Positions 40,401 to 55,500 of a stretch of 64,000 nucleotides of DNA are shown here, piece by piece; the first letter of the stretch is position 1; every line of letters starts with the position of its first letter. The stretch comes from Camelus dromedarius (Eukaryota): positions 50,532,001 through 50,596,000 of the forward strand of contig NC_087436.1 in NCBI RefSeq assembly GCF_036321535.1, in the 5' to 3' direction. A model generated the notes under the pieces. The model ran no database searches and was not told where the DNA came from. It saw nothing but the letters and a program-made list of their open reading frames with translations. The position numbers were made by a program, and so were the translations under genes.

Positions 40401-43400
40401 TTGGCTATTTGGAGTCTTTTGTAGTTTAGAGTCTAGAGTATAGTCAAGGAATCTTTTTGCAATATGCTTCTTGAGAAATTCTAATGAAATTAATTAGGTG
40501 ATTGGAAGCCACAGTTGTCTAGAGTATGTGGGAATATTTTCTACTTAAAGAAACAGAAATATTAATATCAAGAAATTGATCTAGAAGATAAATCAACATA
40601 GTGATCAAAATTCTGGCTTCCAGTTTGTATGTTTTTGTTTTTACTAGAGTCAGGATTTATTTATCTGACATATTTTTTTAAGAGGATAGCCTCTGGAGTT
40701 GAACTGCCTGAGCTTGAATCCCACTTCTGTCATTTCCTAACACTTGACCTTAGGCAATTTCTAATATACTTTACTGCAGTTTCCTTATCTGGGATATATA
40801 GCTTGATCCCCACTTCTTAGGGTTGTTGTGAGAATTAAGTGAAGTAACATATAGTATATGCTACAAACATTACACTTCCTACTCAGCAAATCCTGAATGA
40901 ATGTATGCTATTAAGATTATCATTAATAGACATTATGTTCGGTTCACCATAATAAGTATATAGAAGACACTGAAGATCTATTCGTTGACTGAGTGATGAG
41001 TGGGAAATATCCCAATGGAAGGTGTAGGGAATAGTGTTTTAGGAAGACATCTACATGTACAATGCTTGAGGTTGTGAAAAAAACAGTATATTTCTTGGAC
41101 TTCCTGGTGGCAGGGACATTTTAAACCATGTCGAAGGATTTGAACATTGCATTATGCTAAGGACAAGGAAAAGCCTTGTATGGAACATAATTAGAATTGC
41201 ATTTTAGAAAGGTGTGGCTGCTGTGTGCATCAGATTGATTGGGCCGCTACAATGATTGTGGCTCTTGGAGGTGGAAAAGATTGGATAAACTGGAGAGCTA
41301 TTTGGGAGCTAGTCTCAACAGGACTCTGTGATTGTTTAGGTGCAGGGGCAGGGAAAGGGGGGAGGAGGTAATCCAGAATGACTTGCAAGTGTTACTAGGT
41401 TTGCTGGGTAGCTGGTAGTGCATTCACTGAGCTGAGGAACACTGAATGAAGAGCAGTGGTGCTGCTCAGTGTGTGATTCAGGACATCTCCAGTTTAAGGT
41501 GTCAGGCAGTTGAAAATGTGAAAGGTCTGAAGTGGAGATATCAGTTTGGGCATTAACTATGGCAGATCCAGTGTAAAATCCTGGGAATGGATGAGCTTGC
41601 TCTGGGCGCATGTTGAGAATGGAAAGAACGGAGGGTCAAACACAAAACCCCAAGAAGCAACAACTTTTTAGGTGAAGGCAGGAAAGGAGAATCCCTAAAG
41701 GAGCCCACATTTAGCTCAAGTTTAGAAGGAAACCAGGTAAATGTGGTAACTAAGGAAAGAGAATATTTCAGAGAGGTAGCAGTCAGCAGTGTCACACTCT
41801 GCTGAGAAGTTAAATAAGATACACACAGACAAAAGTGTTCGGATTTTGAAACAAGAAGCTCATCTGCAAACTATCTTTAGTTATGTGTTGGTGGTGAAAG
41901 CCACCTTGCAGTGGGTTGCAATAGCCCAAAGGGATGGGATCTTGAATACAATAGTAGGGTCTGGCCTTAGACAGAAGGAGAAATGCCTTTTCATTATAAC
42001 AAGGACAGAGGAGAGGACAGGCTTCCGTGCAAGTAATGTGCAAGGCTTTTGTAAGCCTAGGCTTATATTTTCTTTGTGAAATACAAGGCTATTTTTTCTA
42101 CTGTGATGGCAGGAGATGGTGGAAACATGAGTTCATAGACATGCTAAGAGTATAAAATAGTGTAGCCTTTATAGGGAATGGGAAAGAAAGCCAATAAGAG
42201 GAAAGAGGAGTCTTGCCAGACAGCATTAAGGACCTGGGTGATGGTGGCAGCCAGGCTTCTGACTGTGGATCTGGCAACATTCAGGAGACTGATAAAGGCT
42301 CAAAAGGGAGTATAATTCATCTCAGCGTACACTGTGTTCTGATAGGTGAGGGGAACAGAGACTGGGCCCAATAATTTGAGGCTGTTGACCCAAAAACATA
42401 ATTGAAGTGATGATCTATGGAATCTAAGATGATAGGATGAAAAGACAGGGAAGAAAAGAAGCTAAACAGCTATAATGGGATTAACTGGATCAGGGAAGTG
42501 GAAGAGTAGCAACTGTGTTAAGAGCAGAGCGTCTGGGTTTATGAGTTTAAGATAGTGACAAGGTCCAGGAGTGGCTTTGGGAGCACATGGAGTTGAGCTG
42601 AAGGTCATTGGAGTCCAGGATTTATACAAAACTGGGTTTTTGCAAAGCAGGGTGTGGAAAGGGCTGGCCACTTCAAGCAGAAGGGTAGTATGTAGTAGAG
42701 GCATGAAAGCATGCATTTTGGTCTGGAACAGCAGATAATCTTGAGTGGCAGTGCAGTAGAATGGTTGGTGGATTGGCTCTGAAGTTACAGGCATGGGCTC
42801 AGCCACCATGTATGACCGTACTTCTCCAAAGTTTTTGGACACTCGTTAAATGTCTGTAAAATTCAAAAAGCTCATCTATAAAATAGATGTAGTAATAGAG
42901 GATTGATGAGAGGATGAAATAAGATGAGCTCATCTTTGTACTAGTAGAGGCACAAGAGAAGACTGGCAGCTATGGAATACGGAAAGACACAAACGTTCAG
43001 GAGGTGGTCAGGGGAAGAGAAACCAGTAAAGCAGAGTGAGAGATGCAGACAGCTAGCTGGGTGGGATAAGAACCATACAAGGGATCCCTGAAGGGCTGAG
43101 GAAGAAGTAGGTAGATGAGGAGGAAGAAGACAACATAGAAACTAAAAGAAAACGGTAGCTAGAAAGAAGTGAGGAGTCAGGAGTTTATTTTTTTAAAAAA
43201 CTCAAAAGCAAGTAAATAGGCTTGAGCATTTGTAAAGCTGAGAGGAAGGGGCTAGGGAAGATGACAGATGAACAGATCACTGAGGGAGCAGAACTGAGTA
43301 TCCAAAAGTGCTTTTGGTAGCTATGGTGGTGGCAGCAACAGCTGTCCCTTCCATGTAACACCAGATTACTTGAAGAGCTGTGAGTCAACTGATTCCTTTC

Positions 43401-46400
43401 AGTTAAGTTCCAGAGAAGCTTGTAAGTAAACCGTCCAATAAAAAATATAATTTGAACTGTAGTTTCACTAAATTTATTATGGGGTTAAACACTGATTTGA
43501 AAAGTTTGAGTATATTTTCTTATTTCAGGATATCCTTAAACTAGTAAGATATTAAACTAGGTGTAGTAAAAATTCTACCAAGTCAATGGTTTTTAAAAAT
43601 GGAAATGAGTTTCCTTGTTGTACAATGTTTGAGCCTGGATCTGTGTGAGGTAATTTTGATTTCCGTCTTTTTAGGCTAAAAAAAAACGAAGAGTCACTTG
43701 GTGTGTTGGCAAAATTAACAAAATGAAGGACTCAAACTGCGTAAATGAATTTAATATTCCTGCAACTGTAACAACAAAAACACCTAAGGCTGCTGTAACT
43801 TTAGGAGAAATTGATGAATGTGAGTACTTTTTCAACTACTTTTAATTATAAAAGCATCCCTATAAAGACTTTATAACTTAGTTAATGTGATAAACACATT
43901 TAAATAAAATTAAAATGTATATATTTTAGTATAATTACAATAGAGATAATGATAAAAATAAGTAATTTTAAGAAAGTGAACGTTCATAAAGTTCTCTGTT
44001 GTTTCCAGATCTCTTAAGAATGAGGCACTGTAGTTGAAACACATGAGACATGTTTTTATTGTATGTTTTTGTTCTAATCATTATCCAGTTAAATTAGTTT
44101 CTGTATAACATCTGCTTTAACTTTGCTAATCTTGCAAGGGTGGCATTTACCCAGGAATCTGTTTCAAAATTATTTCTCCAACATGAGTTATAAGTATTTT
44201 TAGGGGCACTTTTAAATTTATAATAATTAAATGTCACATTTAGAATTTGTCATTTTGGCCTATATTGTATTAAGGACCCCTATAATTTATCACTCATTCT
44301 AACCAGTGATCTTAAATCACACAGTAATACAAATGATTACGTCTGTTGTTAATGTATTCTTGACATTCATATTGTGAGCACGTAATTAGCTAATTTAAGT
44401 TTATTACCTCTGGTCAGAATTTTTTTAATCTTTAATTTGAGTTTTAAGAAAATAACAATTTCATGGATAAATTTTTTTCCTTCTAATTATAGCTCTCTGT
44501 TCAGAGTCTGATATTTTCAGTAACACTCTTGATACATTAAGTGAGGTAGAGTGGAATCCAGCAACAAAGCTACTAAATCAGGTAACTTAAATGTATTTAA
44601 CAGAACATTATCCTTTTACTCTTGTTTAAATTCATTTGTTATTGGTGTTTATTGTTGTTATAACGCTTTACTAGCTCTGACTTAATTTTGGTAGCCGTTT
44701 GGTTCTAATTATTGGTTCTAATTAAAGCTCCTCCTACTTGTTACATTCCTAGTTGATAACTGGCATCCAAAGGGAGGCTAAAAACTTCACACAGCAGGTA
44801 TATGGTGATAGGTAAACCTTTGATTCTAGTTCTTTGTCAGCAGATCTTGGCATCTATTTGTTGGGGTTTTTTGTTTTTGGGTTTTTTTTTAAGTTTCTAT
44901 TTTGCCTTGAGCAATCCCCTAGGGTAAAAAGAGCTGATTTTTAAACTATCAAAGTTTTCCTGCATATATTAAAAGAATGACACATCAGGGAGGGGTAATA
45001 TTGCCAACTAATGCTAAAAAAAAAGTAAATGTATTATATGTCTATTGTCCTATCAAAACTTTAAGAAATAAGGAATACTATAGTTAATAATTTAGTAAAT
45101 TTAAATTCCATGTTTACTTTCTAGGCTGCTAATGTTCAAAGAAATGTAGTTTAGTTTTGCAAATGTATTTGTTTAAGAAAATTTTATTTTTATTTTGTAA
45201 TAAAATTGCAGTGATTCTGGGGAATTATTATTACCATTAGCTAACCATTGCAATTAGTTATAATTAGTTAAGTGTTTAGGTGAAGTGCTTTTGTGTCCCT
45301 AAAACATACTCTAGAAGTTTGTTGTTTTTTGAAAATCCCTGGTATTAGTTTTTGTTTGTTTTTAACTCATGGTTTAACTTTCTCATACTAGTATAGAAAG
45401 GGGAAATAGGCCTCTTTTGAGTAGAGTAAGACCTTAGCAGCCACTAGAGTTTAAAGGTCAGTAAATAATCGTTCAGTTTCACTTCTTAAATTCAGAGCTG
45501 TCTGAGAAATAATATAGTAGTCAGACAGAGAATTAAATGATCAGTTTTATTACTAAGGAGCTTAAAGGTCTATAGCCCATTATGAGCTCTGCCTCCTACT
45601 TCTGACTCAGCTTTTCTAGTCAAGCACAGACAGAGCATTTGTTCATATGATATATATATATATATTTTTAAGTCTACCCCTTTCAATAACCTTCTTCTAT
45701 TCTAAGTTAGCTGGTTTATCAAAATGCCAACTCTTTAATTTATTCTGGATCAAGCTAGACCATTAAAAAGATATTAAAGAAGAAATGACCTAAACTACCA
45801 AATGATTCAAGGTTAAATACTTATTTGACTAATCCAAATTTTAGTTAAGGAAACAAAGAATATATGATTTGAATTCTCTCTGACTTGAAAATCTGATTTT
45901 GTTTACAATAGGAAAGCTTAGAAAGTGAATTGAGTTCACTTCGTGCTAACTACGATAATCTGGTATTAGATTATGAACAACTAAGAAAAGAAAATGAAGA
46001 AATGGAATTGAAATTAAAAGAAAAGAATGATTTGGATGAATTTGAGGCTCTGGAAAGAAAAGCGGAAAAAGATCAAGAGGTAAAAGATAGGGAAGTGTGA
46101 AAATAAACTAAAACCACGTGTTTAAAAGAAGTACCATTCTCTTAAAAGATACTTACTTCTAAGGTTGAGATATTGAGGATCCAACCATTTCCCATGTGTA
46201 TACACAATTTAGAGAATTTAAGAAATAATTTATTTATATTGTTTTAAAAATAGTTAAATCAGGGGAGAGGAGGATATAGCTCAGTGGTAGAGAGCATGCT
46301 TAGCATGCCCAGGGTTCTGGGTTCTATCCCCAGGACCTCCATTAAAAAATAAATAAAATAAAAATAAATAAACCTAATAACCTCTTCCCATAAATAAATA

Positions 46401-49400
46401 AGTAAATTTTTAATAAAAATAGTTAAATCATATTTGTTTCATTTGTGCTTACACATAAGAAGAAGGAATCAAAACATCTTTAGGAAGTTTGATGAATGCC
46501 TATTGATGGATTTGTTTTGAAGAAATAATTTCCTTATAACTTGTGTATTATCGATATTTAATTTGTTGAGCCTATCAGAAATGCTACCTGGAACGTAGAC
46601 ATTTCCTACTGAGACCAACATCAACTTTAATATCTAGCTGAATGGTTTATATATGGATACTACCTATTAATGGATTGTGTTTTCTTTAGAAAGTATATTC
46701 CTAAATATCTAGAACATTATTAGAATAGCTGGGGAAGCTAATTTTGCACATTTTTTTTTCATATAAGAAAGTTACTGTGAAAATTAGTATAACTAATACT
46801 GAATAGTTTTAATGGAATTTTTAGAAATGAAATGGATCACTTTAATTTTTCAAGTATATAATATTAGGCTACATGTTAAAAGGACCTAATCCAGAAACCA
46901 TCAGTCTTTGGGGACTTGGAAACTGTCCAAAGATTCAAGAGATTTCTTAGTGTGGAGAATCCTTAACCTAGAGTTCATAGACACTATGAAATTATTTTAC
47001 AGAATTTTGGAGTGCATGTTTAATTTTCTGAAATAAGAATCCATAGTTGTTATCAGACTTGTGACATGATTCATGAATCCCCTCAAAAATAAGAGCCAGC
47101 GTTTTAGGGTAGTTAAAATATGAATTAATTTGCAGCTACTTCCCAGATTTCTCTGTGGATAGCCCAAAGGGACACAATCCTTTTTCCTGAGTATCATTGT
47201 TTAGTTTCTCACCCATTTTTCTTTTTCAAAAAGAAAAAAGATTTCTATGCCAAAACTATTGTTTCTGTTCTACCTACAGTTTAAATTTACTCCTACATTT
47301 CGTAGGTGTCATATCCTGAGAGACAAAAGTCTGTAACTTCTCCACAGTTTCATTTAATTTGTTTTAAAATTTGTGTGTTCACAAAATGTAAATCATCATG
47401 AAAAGGACAGTGGACTTCAGTCCATAAACTGGGTTTTATTGAGAGGGGGTGCTCTAGTGCATGGTTTCTGGAGCGAACTACCTGGAATGAAGCCCAGTTT
47501 TGCTGTTCACTAGCTCGCCACAGATCTGAGCCTGGAATAAATTACTGGCAAGGCCTTAAACAAGTCATCAAATTTCTCAGGGCTTACTTCCTGTGTATCT
47601 TACCCCCTTAAAGTTAGATAGAGGGCTTGCCAAGTCCCCTTCTAACTCCAGAATTTCATCTAATTTTTTATATATACTTTATAAATAATATGGCATAAAA
47701 TTAACTTCTGGCATAGGCATAGCAATAAGTTTTGTAATTTTTCTTAAATCATTTATATATTCAGTCATTAAAAGTGAAGCTCCCTGAATTGAATCACATG
47801 TGAAAAGATTACAAAATAACACAGGATGTATGCCTTGAATCTCTCATCTTGATTTTGATTGCTTTTTCCTTTTTACAGTTAAGGTGGTAGTAATTCTGGT
47901 CTCTTCATTTTTGCTTGGACACAAATCGAAATTCTAGGTCCTGTGAGGTAACCTAAAAGATTAAATAATAAAAACTGACTTTGTTCAAAGATAGTTTTAT
48001 AATATCCGTTCCATGTTAAGCTAAAAATACAATTCTATGTGTATACAATGAAACATGTTCTAGAACTTACATTTTAGGGAAAATTTTAACCAAAAAAGGA
48101 CTAAAAGTCAAATTACAGCCTGAGGACAGGTGGCCTTGGTTTTGTCAAAAATTACCAAAGCTGTGGATAATTTTCAAGTGTGGATACAGTAATACAAGAT
48201 GTTTAAAAATAATTTTAAAGGAAGGAATAAACAAGGTCAGGTAGTATGCCCAGGGAACAAGAGAAATTTCCTCTCTCTACCTATTTTAACTTGATTTAAT
48301 TTTATAATTTTCACAACTTGGAGATTTTGTCTCAAGAAGTTAATTAAATATTTCACTATACCTGCTGAAAATTACAGTTGAAATATGCAATATTTTCTTA
48401 TGTAGCAGTGAATTGACTTTTAATCATATCATACTTTCTCTGTGCTCCACATTTTAAACAATACTTTGGGAGAGTACACTCAGATCATTACGATAGTTAC
48501 ATAATCTTTTTCTATGTGTATGAACCAGTACTTAAAATGAAGAGCTATTTCAAATAAGAAGTGGGAGAACATTTCTTTCTAAATGTTCTCAAAACTTAAA
48601 ATTGATTATTTATTCTTCATTTCTCATAGATATATGATTTTCTTGCACAAAAGTTACAAACAGACAAAATTGGTTTTCTTGCACAAAAATTAGAAACAGA
48701 GAAGAGAAGGTAAAAGAGTCAATTTAAATTATAGCCAAAAAAACAAAATAAAATAAAAATTATAACCAATGCACATGTTTAAAACTTTGCTGAACAGTGA
48801 GGTAGGCACTAATCACATGTGGCAATTGAGCACTTCAAATGAGACCAATCTCAATTGACTCAAGTCTGAAAAAAGGAATATGAAATAGTACATTAACTTT
48901 TAATATTGATTACATGAAGAAATGATTTTTTGGATATATTAGGTTAAATAAATTATATTAAAATTGATTCTACCTGTTTCTTTTTACACAGGTGGCTGCT
49001 AGAAAATTTTGAATTACAAATTTGGCTCACATTATATTTCTATTAAATGACACTGACCTAAAATAGGAATGTCAAACTAGCACTAGTCTGAAATCTAAAA
49101 CTAGTTAGGACTGAATTACACATCCAGAAAATATTATTTAAATAAGATGCTATTTTTGTAAGTCCCTTAATTTGACTAGAATTTCCTTTTGCTCTTTAAA
49201 GGACTTATCTGATTATGAAGATTAAATAATTCTAAGGGCAGATACATATATCTTTGTTAAACTGTAGTATACTTGTTTTGAACACAAAAGTTTCTGGTAC
49301 TCAAATATTTAATGCTACAGATATTTCAATAAAAAGAAAACTTTAATAGAAATCTTTATCTTTAAGTATTTTTTATACTTTTAGACAGTTGAACAATATA

Positions 49401-49459
49401 AAGCAATAACTTTATCTTTTCAATATTTCCTGTAGAATGAACCAACAAGGTAATAGTTA

Positions 49460-49500
<41 letters not shown>

Positions 49501-52500
49501 CTTTGGTGAACAGTAATAACGTTGTAAAGGCACCACATGAAGCTTATCATATTCCAAACCTAAATTCCAAGTCACAACTCATTAAAAATTATGCCAGTGT
49601 AAAGCTAGGTGGGTAATTTATGGGAAGGGAAAAAAATCTTACAGAATAAATACATTTCTGCACTTAACTTACCCAAAACAAAAATCTATTAAAAGTATGT
49701 TTCTTGAAAGTTTGATTACTACTTTATCTTCTACAAGTGGTGCATACTAATTTTCTTTTGACATTATTGTAGCTTTATTAACAGATGACATAACTTTTTT
49801 GGAGTCATGATGAGCTTTTTTTCCTTACTTGCTTGTTTAATGAGGTTTGGGGATTTTTTTTGTTTGGTTGGTTAGGTTTGGCTTTTTATTTATTTTTAAA
49901 TAACAAGGTGCTTTGTTGCAGTAGCTTGAACGATTGATCCCACTGTCCTTCCTACTGTGTTGGGTGATTCTAAAGCGGTATATGAATGCTATCTTTTTTT
50001 TTTTTTTTTTTTTTTTGCTTTATTAACTATTGGTTTGCTCTGTTGCCTGTTCACATGCTCTTACAGATGCAACTAATTCATGAAATTTCCAACTTAAAGA
50101 ATTTAGTTAAGCATGCAGAAGTGTATAATCAAGATCTTGAGGTGAGCATTTATGTTGGTATTTCTATTGATAAGGAACTAAAACTATAAAATATACATCA
50201 TATGTAATTGAACATGATTTCAAAAAACAGAAGGAATTATACTTTTTAAATGTCAATGTTTTGAATTTTACTGTCTTTTTAAAATATTAAATGTAATTTC
50301 TTTTTAATCCCTTTGAATTCAAACTGAAGTAAATTGTTTCATGTTTATTTAATTGTTTTAGAATGAACTAAGTTCAAAAGTAGAGCTGCTTAGAGAAAAG
50401 GAAGACCAGATTAAGAAGCTACAGAAATACGTAGACTCCCAGAAGTCAGGAAGTATGAAAATGGACTTGTCATATTCATCGGTAAAAGTCAGGTTTATTT
50501 TGTTATGTAATCATTTTGGCATTTGCAGGATACTATCATCATCATCATAGCAAATGTTTGTATTGAGCCTACTGTGTGCCCAACATTGTTCTAGTTGTTT
50601 TATATATAGTATTTTATTTAATCCTGTCACCCTATGAGAAAAGCACTGTTAGTATCATTACCATTTTATGGATAAAGACTCATTCATTGAGAGTTGAGGA
50701 TATTATCCTTTGACTAAAAGTAAATAAGTTAGGGATGGGCTTTTATTAAAAATCAGTAATTCAACATTTTTAAAATTTTTTTCAGTTGTTTTATACAAAT
50801 TATGCAGAAGTATATAGTCAATATTTTCCAATGAGCACTTAACTTGGCAGTGATAAGTAACTAAAACTGTAAAACATACGTAATTGAGCATGATTTCATA
50901 AATTTCATTAACTTCATTTCCTTAATAGATATTAATGCATTCTCATAATTAAGCAACTATTTTAACTGTTTGGTATGATTTTAGTTGGTATAAGATCATA
51001 GCATTAAATAATGTTGAATCTCGTGGTGAAATTAACTTTTTCTATTTGCTTTCGATCTACCTAATTACTTCAAGAAAGTTTAGTTGGATTCTAGTTTTTA
51101 ACATTGTTTTTTTTTAAATGCAATAATTTCTAGTTGGAAGTTCTAGAATCTTTTTTTTTTTGTCCTTTTGTTTATATCTGAGTTTTTCATAGTACATTTT
51201 GTTCTATTAGTGCTCTTTTGTTACCTTCTGTTAATGACAAACGATTCTTTTTAAAAGTGTTCTCATTGTTCTGAGGTCCTGGGAAGAAAGACACTTTTAT
51301 ATCGTCCTAGAGTATCTGTTGATAGAATGGCAGGTAGAATTGCCGATTATTTTAAATTGTTTATTTCTTTCTCTTAATTCATCCAATTCATTCATTCATT
51401 CATGCATGCATGCATTAATATTTTGCCAAGGACATGTGGTTGAATTCATGTAAGCTCAAGTCATGTTAAAATGCCACTTCTTTCTAAAAATGAGACTGGA
51501 TTTTTTTTTATGTATGTATCAGTCATTTGCATTTACTCTTCTGTGAGTTGCTTATTCATCTTTTCTTTATTTTTCAATTGGATTATTTACCTTTTTCATT
51601 TTAATTTTTGATTTAACATCCTCAATTTTACTATTAACTTCCTACCTGTCATGTTTTGCAGAGAATAACATAAAAATACATTGGAAACTTTAACAGGCTA
51701 GCTGAACAATTGTGTTAACCTTTGCAAACAATAACAGAATTATTATAGCATATTGGAAAAATATAGCCATAATTTAAAAAATATTTTTATTATGGAATAT
51801 GTCATTTGTTTTTATCTATCCTAAAAATACATTTGGCAGTTAGCACATTTTAACCATTTTTTGTTTGTCAGGAGTAACATATATGTACATGTTAAGTCTT
51901 TTCCAACTCTAAAAAAGATTTTACTAAATCTTTTTTGTCATTTGTATAGGAAAACACTGAAGACCTAAAACAAATGAAACAGACTCTGCTTGATGCTGAA
52001 ACTGTAGCTCTTGATGCCAAGAGAGAATCAGCCTTTCTTAGAAGTGAAAATCTCAAGCTGAAAGAGAAAATGGTAAATGATTTTAGTAATATTTGTAATA
52101 ACAGTTGCAATGATCAATAGTACCTTTTTCTGAATCTGCAGTGTTTCTCTCAATAGAAAGAACTTGCAAGTACATGCAAGCAAATGGAAAATGATATGCA
52201 GTTATGTCAAAGACAGTTGGAGGCGGAAAAGAAAATGCAAGTTGATCTAGAGAAAGAATTACAATCGTCTTTTAATGAAATAACAAAACTCACCTCCCTT
52301 ATAGATGGCAAAGTTCCAAAAGGTATTTTATCATTTCAGACTTAACCTGACTTTCTGCAGAAATGTACCTAAAAGATTTTGCAACTGTATTCCATTAATT
52401 AAAAATCCATTATTCTCTGATCTTTTTAATAGCTTAATGTTAAGTTTTGATACCACTTGGTATCAGTATTGATAAATACTTCCATGGGCCTCAAATCATA

Positions 52501-55500
52501 AGGGTTTAAAAGTTATTTTTCAAATAAATTGAACCCAATCTTAGAAAGGATGATTAACAATTAGATTAACTGTTTACCAACACTGGCTCTTTCTTTAGTA
52601 AATTTTATGTAATCTGATTAAATAATCTAACCATGTATATAATTTAAATTGACCCAATAACTGGAAGGTGTTTTGTTTAACTCACTAAAAATTTCCTAGA
52701 TTTGCTCTGTAATTTGGAATTGGAAAGAAACATAACTAATCTCCAGAGAGAACTGAATAAAGAAGTTGAAGAAAATGAAGCTTTGCGTAAAGAAGTTACT
52801 TTGCTCTCAGAATTGAAATCTGTACCCTCAGAAGTAGAAATGCTAAGGAAAGAGGTAAACACATTTTTAAGCAAACAACATTATTTTGAAATAAAAACCT
52901 TTGCAATAGTGCCTTAAATGTTTTGCCATATTTTATTTGAAAGGACCAGGAAAGAGACTGTAAATGTTTGACTCAGTTTGTTAGCAATATAAGTCAAATT
53001 CTAAGGAAAATCATAAAATGCCTACCATACCAGAAAGTTAGAAAATACTTTAAAATGATAGATAAGGAAATAAAGACACCTCCTGATTGTGTTTCTATTG
53101 GATGTCCTTCTCCATGCAATCCTTTTAGAACCAGAGGCTGGAAAACAGAACTTTGAAGATAAAGTTAAACAGGGTAATATATTGTTACCAACAATTACAG
53201 TATTGCCTTTTCTCAGTCAAACCTTTGCTTAGTTTCAATGTCTTTTTTCTTTTTTGGCAAAGTAAGTTGTTTTTTTTTCCCTGAAAGCTAAGTAGATCAT
53301 ATACTGCTAACATAGCTAAGTTTTCTTTCTTTTCCATAGCTACATGATAAATCTGAAGAACTCTGTATAATAACATCAGAAAAAGACAAATTGTTTTCTG
53401 AAGTTGTTCATAAGGAAAGTAGAATTCAAGATTTACTTAAAGAAATTGGGAAAACTGAAAATAACCTGGCAACTTCCCAGTTGAATTATGAAAGCACTGA
53501 CCAAGAATTCCAGGATTTTAAAAATCATGATACTGGGTTTGAGCAAAAGTATAAGATGGTCCTTGAGGAGAATGCAAGACTGAATCAAGAAATAGGAAAT
53601 CTCTCTAAAGAAGCTCAAGAACTTGGTTTAAGTTTGGGTGATTTGAAGACAGAGGTTGGTAAAGACATCTTCTAGGGAAAGGATCTTTAGTCTTCTGGGG
53701 TTTGGCTTCCATATATACAATGTAGAATATTCTGCTTTTCACATTGACTCTTTCTTATCTTACAGCTGTCTCACAAAACCCAAGAACTTGAGAAGAAAAC
53801 AACTGAGCATCAAGAAAGGTTAAAGGAAGTGGAAGAGCTGAAGGAACAATTAGAAAGTAGAGATTCTAGGCTGCACACTGTAGAAAAGGAGAAAACACTG
53901 ATTACTGAGAAACTTCAACAAGCCTTAGTGGAAGTAAAAACCTTAACCCAAGAAAAGGATGACCAAAAACAACTCCAAGAGAGCCTGCGAATCGAGAGGG
54001 ACCAACTGAGAAGTGACATTCAGGATACTGTAAATATGGTAAGATTTTGACTGTTTAAACTTTGAAAACTCAGAGCCTCTTTAAAAACATTACAGGAGCC
54101 ATCATTTATTATGTATGATCAAGCAATAACTATAAAGTTAGTCTCATTGTTTCACATTCTAATGGAAATTATTTTGTTTCTCTGACGAAGAACATAGACA
54201 CCCAGGAACAATTACGAAATGCTCTTGAGTCTTTGAAACAACACCAAGAAACAATTAACACACTAAAGATGAAAATTTCTGAGGAAACTACTAAGAATTT
54301 GCATACAGAGGAAAACTTAGGGGAAACTAAGGATGAATTTCTGGAAAAGGTAAAGGGTGTTCCTATTCAGGTTTTCATATACTTGTATGTGAGCTTTCTT
54401 AACTTAACCTCAAACACTTGAATACAGATAGGTAATCTCTGTCTAATTTATTATTCACTGTGGTAATAACTCAGAATACTTTACAAGCTTAATCCTGATG
54501 TCTTTTAGATAACTTCAACTATAACTGCTTATTATCAATTTGAAAAAGAAAAGACAAAAAATACTAGTTCAAACTTTGAGCTGATATTTTTCTGAGGCCT
54601 GATGTAATTTATACATTTTTAAAAGCACCTCTGAATTCTAAGAATATAAGAAAGATTGAGTGCTTATTATTAATAATGGCTAAAATAATTTGTTTTATAT
54701 CAGATTTTGTGTACTATACTTGTTTAGAGTTTGCTAGAGATTCGATGTGTGTGTCGTGCTTGTGCCTCTTTCTAGCGTTTGGGCCATAATTTTACTATTA
54801 GGTGCTTAAATCTTACCATAATTCATTCTAGGTAGTGTGGTTCATTTTGTCTTGAGACCTTAACTGGTTATTTAATTATATACAAGGAGAGCTAGATGCT
54901 AACGGTAATTTTTTTTAAGTGGGGATGTATTTATCTGCTAGGGCTTCCATAACAAAATATAACAGACTGCTTGTAAGCTATTTGTATATCTTCTTTAAAT
55001 AAAGTGGTAGAGTTCAGGTGGCAGAAATTCCTGTTCAAGTTTTTACTCATTTCTAAATTGGGTTGGTTTTCTTGTTAAGTTGTAAAAGTTCTTTATATTT
55101 TTCTGGATATTAACCCTTTATCAGTAGTATGATTTGCAAATATTTTCTTGCGTTCCATAGGTTGCCTTTTCACTCTGTTGATTGTGTCCTTTGATGCACA
55201 GAAGTTTTTTATTTTGATATAGTCTAAATTAGCTTCTTTTTTCTCATTTACCATGGCACACAATATTCCTGCCTTGGAAAAGCAGCCTTGTTTTCTTTCT
55301 TCCTGTGCTTGAACCCTTCTGTCCTAGAAAAGCATTTTCACTTCCTCTGTTATCTTGTATTCTCAGCCTGTCTATAATTTGAATCAACCATGGGCCAAAA
55401 GTACTTGACCTTGATTTGAAACTTGTAACTTCCACATTCATAAGGGGAAGATTTTTTTGACAGATCTTTTAAAATAAAATACAACAATTTATAGCTGCTT

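Noticed and set aside
46268..46341. tRNA-Ala-like sequence
   Set aside because: Degenerate stems, A-rich tail and TSD identify it as a SINE rather than a tRNA gene
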